This document shows, one piece after another, positions 57,219 through 64,000 of a DNA stretch of 64,000 bases. The position numbers and the translations under genes were made by a program. Position 1 is the stretch's first letter. Each line of letters starts with the position of its first letter. The DNA comes from an uncultured Lachnospiraceae bacterium (GTDB lineage Bacteria; Bacillota; Clostridia; Lachnospirales; Lachnospiraceae). The stretch covers positions 57,315 to 121,314 of the forward strand of contig CAJUDS010000006.1 of the NCBI GenBank assembly GCA_910585345.1. The letters are read 5' to 3'. The notes below the pieces were generated by a model that had not been told where the DNA came from, did not search any database, and worked only from the letters and a program-made list of their open reading frames with translations.

Positions 57219-59327
57219 TTAAATTTGAAAAGGAAGGTTCAACTGTTCACACCCTGCAAGCACAAAGCGCCCCTCTCTGATAATGACCACTTCGCTTCCC
57301 TCCTGTGCCACCGCCGTTACTTCTCCCAGTTCGTCATACGGAATCGTAATATCCGTATGACAATGAAAATATGCTGCCGACATATCTTCGTCTCTTTTTA
57401 TAGAACACTCGTTATCTTTCGCAATCATTTCTTTGCCGTTCGGATTATAGACAGGAAGCTCCTCACTATGAGAATAACACGTGTCACCTACTGCAAAATG
57501 CGGCCCTGTCTTCTCCGCAATCAAAATCGGCAGCTGGTGTGCAATCCTATATTTCCTGGCCGCCACATACGCTGTCGTATTGGTGCCGATGGCAAACTCC
57601 CCAAGCGGAAGGCTTTCATGGTGAAACAGTACATTGTCTCTGACATATTTTAGATTTTCCGCCTCCGTGGCAAAATTCCGGCAGTGATATGCCGTTATCA
57701 TCCCATCTGTAAAAGTCAGCTCCAAATCTCTGTATTCCAGGCCGTTCAAATACACCGTCGTCACATGGAGAACTCCATTCGTCCCCTTCAGCTTCGGAGA
57801 AGTGAATACTTCTCCTACAGGAATATTGACGTCCGCCACACAATTCTCAAACAGTGTCTCCTTTTCCGGATCTTGCAGCGGCTGCAGCGCCACAAGCAAA
57901 TCCGTCCTGTTTTTTCCGCTTCCTCTGACTCTTACATAGGCCGCCCGGTCCAACACATCAATGATCGTCTGCTGTATCTTCTGATACAGAGCGGAATCCA
58001 GCGTATTAATCTCTATCACCGCATCAAAAATCTGTGAAAACTGCGGACCAATTTCCGGCACCGGAAAAGCAATGATCGTAAAGCTCCGTTCCTCCCCTCT
58101 GATATAACGGTTTACAATTTCCGAAGCCTGGGCCGCGTATTCTACGGCCAGCTTCTGCTGTCGTCCGTTCAGACACAATGTCTCCGGCTTTGCCGCCGGA
58201 GCAAAAGGCTGCTCTCCGAAAGTCTCCAGACAGGCAGGCCCGCCATGTACACCGGCCAGTTCTTTCACCGATTCATAGGCTGCTTTCATCTCTCCTATTT
58301 TCTTATTGATATATTTTTTATCCAGGTACAGAGCCTCGTCTTCCCTGTGATCATACAAATATTGTCTGTTGGCGTCCGCACCGTAAACTCCCACGCGGTT
58401 TACGCCTTTTTTGTGGAAAATACTCAGAGAAGCCCGATAAATCACTGGTTCAAGCCCCATTTCTCTGAAATTCAAAACTGCTTCTCTGATGATCCGCTCA
58501 AACCCTGTCCGGTAACGAATATTCACCGTCTTTTTTTTCGTAATGTCTTTGCCCGAAACCAAAAATCCCGTCCGGTATCCTTCTGTAAAAGTATCCGCCA
58601 GCTTTCGAATCTGTTCCCGCGGCAGTCCATTCAAATACGAAGCCAGCCTTTCTTCGTTTTCCGTTATATATTCGCCGTATCTGTATAAATACCTGAGATC
58701 ACCAAGATCCGCATCCATCACAATCCGCAGAAAAAAATCCGCTTCGGGATCCAACTGGCGGCGCACTCTTTTTTGCAGTTCCTGACTGGTATAATCGCTG
58801 ACAAACCAATAAATGATCTGCCTCACTTCTTCGCAGGACGGCGCCGCCTGCTTTTCTTCCCAGGCACATACAAAAGACTGATAAATTTCCAGAAACAATT
58901 CCATACGAATCAACAGTTCTTCCCGGTCCCGTTCATATACCGATTCAATCTGACTGTGAATTTCCGCATAGAGGAACGCCAGCAACTGTCCCATTTCTCT
59001 GCCGTACCGTTTTGCCGTATAACCCGGATTTCCGTAACATCTGTTATAGTTCTCCGGTAAAATATCCGCGTACAACGCACAATTACGCGCGCGCAGTTCT
59101 GAAAGAGAAACATCCTGCAGCTGCCGACGCTCCTGTCTCTCCCATTCCACAAGCAGCTTCCTGATATAAGATGCCGTTTCGGAAAAATAAGAACCATATT
59201 CCTGCGAAACACCGGCCTCCTGCAAAGGAAGGACAGCAATTTCAGCAATCCTCTCCCCCGCAAGCCCAAAGCGCTCCTCTATCATTTCCGTTTCTTCCGC
59301 AATGCCCATAACACCTTTCTCCATCAT
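57219..59327 (-). CDS. M29-like (thermophilic metallo-) aminopeptidase with long N-terminal domain
   Basis: NIPVGEVFTSP, LGEFAIGTN, EKTGPHFAVG, HTD. Confidence 0.85.
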   Translation of the reverse strand: MMEKGVMGIAEETEMIEERFGLAGERIAEIAVLPLQEAGVSQEYGSYFSETASYIRKLLVEWERQERRQLQDVSLSELRARNCALYADILPENYNRCYGNPGYTAKRYGREMGQLLAFLYAEIHSQIESVYERDREELLIRMELFLEIYQSFVCAWEEKQAAPSCEEVRQIIYWFVSDYTSQELQKRVRRQLDPEADFFLRIVMDADLGDLRYLYRYGEYITENEERLASYLNGLPREQIRKLADTFTEGYRTGFLVSGKDITKKKTVNIRYRTGFERIIREAVLNFREMGLEPVIYRASLSIFHKKGVNRVGVYGADANRQYLYDHREDEALYLDKKYINKKIGEMKAAYESVKELAGVHGGPACLETFGEQPFAPAAKPETLCLNGRQQKLAVEYAAQASEIVNRYIRGEERSFTIIAFPVPEIGPQFSQIFDAVIEINTLDSALYQKIQQTIIDVLDRAAYVRVRGSGKNRTDLLVALQPLQDPEKETLFENCVADVNIPVGEVFTSPKLKGTNGVLHVTTVYLNGLEYRDLELTFTDGMITAYHCRNFATEAENLKYVRDNVLFHHESLPLGEFAIGTNTTAYVAARKYRIAHQLPILIAEKTGPHFAVGDTCYSHSEELPVYNPNGKEMIAKDNECSIKRDEDMSAAYFHCHTDITIPYDELGEVTAVAQEGSEVVIIREGRFVLAGCEQLNLPFQI

Positions 59328-59647
59328 ATCCCATATGCACCCGCAAACAGAATAAAACCGATCCCCAGCAAAACCAAACCATTGACCACAATGCCTGCAT
59401 AAGAAAACAGATAATATTTATCCGGTTCCATTCTGGACGCAATTCCCAGCACAAGACCTGCTATAGAAAAAAACAACGCCAACAGCATGGCCACTCCGTC
59501 ACGCACTTCGGCGGCTCCGTTGTTCTGAAAAGAGAGATACAGTATCATAATAACGGAAACCGCAGAAATAATCCCCAAAACAGTCGACATAATACCCTTC
59601 TGGGGATGCTCCTTATTTGTAAATATATACCCTTTTTTTCCGATCAT
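59324..59647 (-). CDS. Small 3-TM membrane protein (DUF6142-like)
   Basis: YIFTNK.H..KGIMST pattern (recalled family); three hydrophobic segments. Confidence 0.7.
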   Translation of the reverse strand: MIGKKGYIFTNKEHPQKGIMSTVLGIISAVSVIMILYLSFQNNGAAEVRDGVAMLLALFFSIAGLVLGIASRMEPDKYYLFSYAGIVVNGLVLLGIGFILFAGAYGI

Positions 59648-59662
59648 ACCGCCTGCCCTGAC

Positions 59663-59815
59663 TTAAAACAACAACTTGGATTTTGCAGCAAGCAGCCTGC
59701 CTCCGCTCACCAGCAGGAGGACACCGCCTGCAATCCCAAATACGATTGCAATCACTCCCACCGTAATATTCAATGCCCCTGACCGGCTCATTACCTTATA
59801 CGCTTTTTCTTCCAT
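59663..59815 (-). CDS. 50-aa small membrane protein (absent from the ORF track)
   Basis: MEEKAYKVMSRSGALNITVGVIAIVFGIAGGVLLLVSGGRLLAAKSKLLF; AAAGGAG upstream; fills the gap between pyrE and the next gene. Confidence 0.8.
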   Translation of the reverse strand: MEEKAYKVMSRSGALNITVGVIAIVFGIAGGVLLLVSGGRLLAAKSKLLF

Positions 59816-59832
59816 CCGTCCACATCTCCTTT

Positions 59833-60510
59833 TCAGTTTGCGCCATAGACTGCATAGTATGCGTCAATTGACGCTTTCAGGTCATCATTGATATAAATCT
59901 TTCCATTATATTCTCTGTTATACAGGCAGGAAACCACTTCCTGCATAGACACTATCGCCGCCGCCGGAAAACCATATCTCTCCCGGATTTCCTGCAATGC
60001 GCTCATTTCCCCGGACTGTCCTTTTTCCATCCGGTCCAGAGATACCATCAGTCCCAAAATATCCACAGCGCCCTGCGCTTTCAGCACCGGGAAAGTCTCT
60101 TCAATGGATTTCCCGGACGTCGTCACGTCTTCAATCATAACGATTCTGTCGCCATCCCGTATAGAACTGCCCAATAAAATACCGGCATCCCCATGATCCT
60201 TGACTTCCTTTCTATTTGCACAGTATTTTATATCCTTACCATATAATTCGCTGATCGCCATGACAGTGGCCACGCCAAGCGGAATCCCCTTGTAAGCCGG
60301 GCCAAACAAAATATCGAAATCCAGTCCATAATGCTCATAAATCGCTCTGGCATAATACTGTCCCAGCCTTCGAAGCTGCGTACCCGTCACATAACCGCCC
60401 GCATTCATAAAAAATGGAGATTTTCTGCCGCTTTTTAAAGTAAAATCACCAAATTTCAGCACATCACTGTCTACCATAAATTGAATAAATTCCCGTTTAT
60501 ACTGTTCCAT
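59833..60510 (-). CDS. pyrE: Orotate phosphoribosyltransferase
   Basis: FTLKSGRKSPFF, GPAYKGIP, RKEVKDHG, IEDVTTSG. Confidence 0.97.
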   Translation of the reverse strand: MEQYKREFIQFMVDSDVLKFGDFTLKSGRKSPFFMNAGGYVTGTQLRRLGQYYARAIYEHYGLDFDILFGPAYKGIPLGVATVMAISELYGKDIKYCANRKEVKDHGDAGILLGSSIRDGDRIVMIEDVTTSGKSIEETFPVLKAQGAVDILGLMVSLDRMEKGQSGEMSALQEIRERYGFPAAAIVSMQEVVSCLYNREYNGKIYINDDLKASIDAYYAVYGAN

Positions 60511-60569
60511 CCGCTCTCTCCCTGTTTCTTTTTTATGGTCTGCGCTATAGCTGCACAGGTCCGGCCGTA

Positions 60570-61499
60570 CTATCTGCATCCCGCAAGCGCACAGGCAATA
60601 TCCTCTTTCATATCCAGTACTGCCGCCCTAGAAGCATCCGCATAATTCTCACTGCCAAAAGACGCATATTTATCCTGCTGATAAGCCGCGATAATACCGC
60701 GTGAGGAATTGACAACCGCACCCAGTCCGTCTCTGTTAAAGAAATGGACAAGATCCGTTCCCCTGCCCCCCTGGGCGCCATAGCCCGGCACAAGGATGTA
60801 GGCTCTGGGCATAATCTGACGCAGCGTTTTCCCTACCTGCGGATAGGTAGCGCCTACCACCGCGCCGATATAACTGTAAGTTTCTCCCATATGCTCCTCG
60901 CCCCACTTTGCAACCTGTTCTCCTACAATCTCATAGAGCGGTCTTCCTTCCGTTATCCTGTCCTGAAATTCCCCGCTGCTGGGATTGGATGTCTTTACAA
61001 GAATGAAAAGGCCTTTTTTCTCCTTCTTGCATACTTTGATAAAAGGCGCTACGCCATCGGAGCCAAGATAGGGATTGACTGTGGCAAAATCCTCATCAAA
61101 ACCGCTGTATTCCTTACTACCCACCTGCACCTTACCGAGATGTCCCGCAGCATAGGCTTCCGAGGTAGAACCGATATCCCCTCTCTTAATATCGCCAATA
61201 ACGACCAGGCCCTTCTCCTTACAATATTGCACCGTTCTGGCAAATGCGGTCAGGCCTTCCACTCCAAACTGCTCATACATGGCAATCTGCGGTTTCACCG
61301 CCGGTATCAGATCATAGATTGCATCAATAATACCCTTATTATACTGCCAAACGGCCTCACCGGCTCCTTTCAGCGTCTCGCCATACGCTTCATATGCCCT
61401 TTTTTTAATATGCTCCGGAATATAAGAAAGCATCGGGTCAAGTCCGGCCACAATGGGCGCCCCTGTCTTTTCTATCCTTGCAATCAGTTTTTGAATCAT
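60570..61499 (-). CDS. pyrF: Orotidine-5'-phosphate decarboxylase
   Basis: GLDP, KPQIA, DIKRGDIGST, PGYGAQG, NSSRGI. Confidence 0.97.
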   Translation of the reverse strand: MIQKLIARIEKTGAPIVAGLDPMLSYIPEHIKKRAYEAYGETLKGAGEAVWQYNKGIIDAIYDLIPAVKPQIAMYEQFGVEGLTAFARTVQYCKEKGLVVIGDIKRGDIGSTSEAYAAGHLGKVQVGSKEYSGFDEDFATVNPYLGSDGVAPFIKVCKKEKKGLFILVKTSNPSSGEFQDRITEGRPLYEIVGEQVAKWGEEHMGETYSYIGAVVGATYPQVGKTLRQIMPRAYILVPGYGAQGGRGTDLVHFFNRDGLGAVVNSSRGIIAAYQQDKYASFGSENYADASRAAVLDMKEDIACALAGCR

Positions 61500-61672
61500 G
61501 GTTTTCTCCTGCTTCCTGCGGCAGACATTCTGCCGGGTTTCCTGTCATATACCGTACCAACTTCCTGTGCGCGCATCAAATCTATGTAACCGGATAAGGA
61601 AATTCTTCCTGCCCGCCGCGCAGCCCGTATAATACGCAGCAACAGGCTGCCGTATACAGCCTGCGCATAAAG

Positions 61673-61736
61673 ATAAGCACACAGACCATCTGTGCGTCTG
61701 TGTGCTTATTATACACTATTTTACCGTATCCTGCAA
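61673..61736 (-). promoter_or_regulatory. pyrF sigmaA promoter overlapping a 14-bp inverted repeat
   Basis: TTGCAG (61731-61736)-N17-TATAAT (61708-61713); ATAAGCACACAGAC-N9-GTCTGTGTGCTTAT (61673-61709). Confidence 0.65.
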
Positions 61737-61739
61737 TTT

Positions 61740-62435
61740 TTACAGATCATCATTTACCAGTTTTATCACGGCTGTTTTATCCGGAATCTTGAAATATACT
61801 TTGTAACCGCTTCCGCCTTCCGTCATGCCGCTGGCAACCGCCTGCACCTTTCCGGCCGGATCGCCGTCGTCCTCTTCACATTTGGCGCTAAAGGTAACGC
61901 TGTTTCCGTCTCCCATACCCTTATCCTTTAACGTAAAATATACATAAAGCCGTTCTTCCCCATTTACATTTTTGACTTCAAAATCATCTATGGTAGCCGC
62001 TTCCCCTTTGCTGCCTGTCATATAGCCATAATGTCTGACGGAATACCCGTCCTCTTCATCCCGCTGGTAATAGACAGAGTTGACGATAATATACTGGCAG
62101 TTCCTGCTGTATCCGTCCAGCCATACCTTGATAACCGTATTACCGGTTCCTCTGGCCTTAATCTTTAATTTAAAAGAATCGCTCTTCTGGCTTTCCAGCT
62201 CTACCTTGGCCACACTGGAATCATCTACCGCATATTTTACCACAAATGCCTTAGAACCTTTCCAATCCTTTACCTTTACCTTTACCGTGTCGCTCTTGTC
62301 ATCGTGGGTTACCGTTACCGTATTCTTCTCCAGAGACAACACCGGCTGGCTCCCCGCACATACCGTCAGGCCGCAGGCGAAAAACAAGCCCAATGCACAA
62401 AATACCGGTAACCATTTCTTATACTTGAATTTCAT
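61740..62435 (-). CDS. Secreted beta-rich (Ig-like) hypothetical protein
   Basis: AGGAGG RBS, signal peptide MKFKYKKWL..VCA; DDSSVAKV..IKARGTGNTVI resembles Big_2 repeats. Confidence 0.7.
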   Translation of the reverse strand: MKFKYKKWLPVFCALGLFFACGLTVCAGSQPVLSLEKNTVTVTHDDKSDTVKVKVKDWKGSKAFVVKYAVDDSSVAKVELESQKSDSFKLKIKARGTGNTVIKVWLDGYSRNCQYIIVNSVYYQRDEEDGYSVRHYGYMTGSKGEAATIDDFEVKNVNGEERLYVYFTLKDKGMGDGNSVTFSAKCEEDDGDPAGKVQAVASGMTEGGSGYKVYFKIPDKTAVIKLVNDDL

Positions 62436-62576
62436 ATTTCCTCCTTTGGGTATACTCCCCTGTATGATATTATGTAAAACAATAGCAAACGCACAATTGC
62501 TTGTCAATGACCCGCATAAAATTTTACCTTCCGCAGATGAAAATTAAGAATTCCTTCATAAATCATTGTGATACTC

Positions 62577-63635
62577 TCACCGCGTTTTCAGAAATTCATA
62601 CTCTCGTTTGGCTTTTTCATCGTCAGGATACAACGACAGATAATTTTCCATTAAAACAGCCGCCTTTTGAAACTGGGCCAGATTTTCATAAGCTGCAATT
62701 TCATTGTATTTCAGCGTCTGCATATACGTCTTGTCCTCACAGGCAAGTCCAGCCTCAAACGCCGCCAGCGCGCCTTCATAATCATTCATCTGCATCCTGC
62801 AGATGCCAAGCTGGTTCTGTACCTGCGGACTGTCCGGGCTGCCGTCCAGATAATTGGAGTACACACTGGACGCATAATTGAAATCCCCCAGACATTCATA
62901 GGTCCTGCCAAGGAAAAGCACTGCTTCCGCGCTTCCGGTATCCCGTGCCTTTTCCAGTGAATTTCTGGCATTATCATAATCTTTCAGATAATAGTACAAC
63001 CGCCCCTTATCGTAATCCGACATGCTGTCCGCTCTTTCATCCAGCGCCGCCTGCAGATATTCGACGCCCGCTTCCCTGTATCCGTTGTTTTCCAGACTCC
63101 TGTATATCGTCAAGAGACAGTTGTAATCTTTCGGGTCCAATTCTATCGCTTTTTTAAAATCCGCATCCGCCTGATCGTACTCATCCTTTTCCAGCTTAAG
63201 TCCTCCCCGCAGATAATAGGCCGTTTTTTCATCCGGACGCAGAGCCAGAATAGCGTCGTATACATCCACAGCCTTATCGATATTTCCGCTTTTATAATAA
63301 GCCACCGCCAGATAATAATTAATATCAAATTCCAGATCCCCGATCGTACCGTAACAATACGAAAGGGATTTTTCCAGAGCCTGTGCAGCCTCTTCATAGC
63401 GGCTCAGCCCCATATAGGCAATGCCCTGTCCCCGGTACACAAGTTCCCCGTCCTCGCCCTCTACCAGCGCTTTTTCAAAGCAGACAAGAGCCGTTTCATA
63501 ATCCAGCGTTTCTATCGCAGCCATTCCTTCCGCAATGTTTGTCTCTTTCTTTCCCATACCGCAGCCTGTCAGAAAGAAAACAATACCCAGCGCGGCAGCG
63601 GCCATTCTGATCTCTGCTCTCCTATTTGCTCTCAT
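62577..63635 (-). CDS. TPR-repeat lipoprotein
   Basis: LTGC lipobox; multiple TPR units. Confidence 0.9.
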   Translation of the reverse strand: MRANRRAEIRMAAAALGIVFFLTGCGMGKKETNIAEGMAAIETLDYETALVCFEKALVEGEDGELVYRGQGIAYMGLSRYEEAAQALEKSLSYCYGTIGDLEFDINYYLAVAYYKSGNIDKAVDVYDAILALRPDEKTAYYLRGGLKLEKDEYDQADADFKKAIELDPKDYNCLLTIYRSLENNGYREAGVEYLQAALDERADSMSDYDKGRLYYYLKDYDNARNSLEKARDTGSAEAVLFLGRTYECLGDFNYASSVYSNYLDGSPDSPQVQNQLGICRMQMNDYEGALAAFEAGLACEDKTYMQTLKYNEIAAYENLAQFQKAAVLMENYLSLYPDDEKAKREYEFLKTR

Positions 63636-64000
63636 CTGTATTTTTCCCCATCAGCGGGCGAATTTTCTCCACCAGCTCTTCCACATCCAGAAAAACGCCC
63701 TCATATCCCAGTTCCCGGCAAAGCCTTGTCACATTCGGCTGTTCCAGGCAGGCGGCTTCCAGCGCTTTTCTGTCGGCAAACACCCGCGCGGCGCTGTCAT
63801 CCAAAAGCATCTTTCCATCGGCAAACACAATTACCCTCTCAAACACTTCTGCCACAAAATCCATATCATGGATGATCGTGATCACTGTCCTGCCCTCTCT
63901 GCGCAGCTCCCGGATAATCCGTTTGATACGTTCTTTTCCTACATAATCCTGCGCTATCGTAGGCTCGTCAAATATAACAATGTCCGTGTGCATGGCAAGC
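63622..64000 (-). CDS. ECF-type ABC ATPase, C-terminal part (runs off window end)
   Basis: FDEPTIAQD, IHDMDFVAE. Confidence 0.85.
   Translation of the reverse strand, partial: LAMHTDIVIFDEPTIAQDYVGKERIKRIIRELRREGRTVITIIHDMDFVAEVFERVIVFADGKMLLDDSAARVFADRKALEAACLEQPNVTRLCRELGYEGVFLDVEELVEKIRPLMGKNTDESK

Overview
This looks like a chromosomal window from a spore-forming clostridial Firmicute; gene order and content suggest Lachnospiraceae (inference). Most genes are on the minus strand. Housekeeping content: pfkB(partial)-recX-recA, cinA-pgsA-rimO-rpoZ-gmk-remA-yloC, tRNA-Thr-sigH-rlmB-mrnC-cysS-cysE, ispF, an FMN-riboswitch-controlled ribDEBAH operon, an amino-acid ABC transporter, a YtrA-type GntR/ABC exporter, sleC, tRNA-Trp, radA-clpC, purEMND and pyrFE. 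An accessory block at about 8.9-16.6 kb carries an SGNH hydrolase, a Zn-ribbon/TM/LRR protein, UPF0158, an orphan PilT with a degenerate Walker B, and a LytTR/GHKL pair. The main observations are: (1) a family of non-coding palindromic elements whose end lies exactly 18 bp upstream of a sigmaA -35 box at three loci, stacked in tandem between copies of a local 9-bp target at two of them; (2) a four-gene operon built around a minimal, degenerate Hsp70-like protein with TPR and membrane coiled-coil partners; (3) a PilT with a natural E-to-Q Walker B change behind a two-component system whose promoter region has a G9 tract; (4) a duplicated terminator region behind the FMN riboswitch; (5) clpC-radA led by a GntR gene instead of ctsR-mcsAB. 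No CRISPR array, integrase, transposase or rRNA was seen. Family and DUF names are recalled from motifs, not from database searches.
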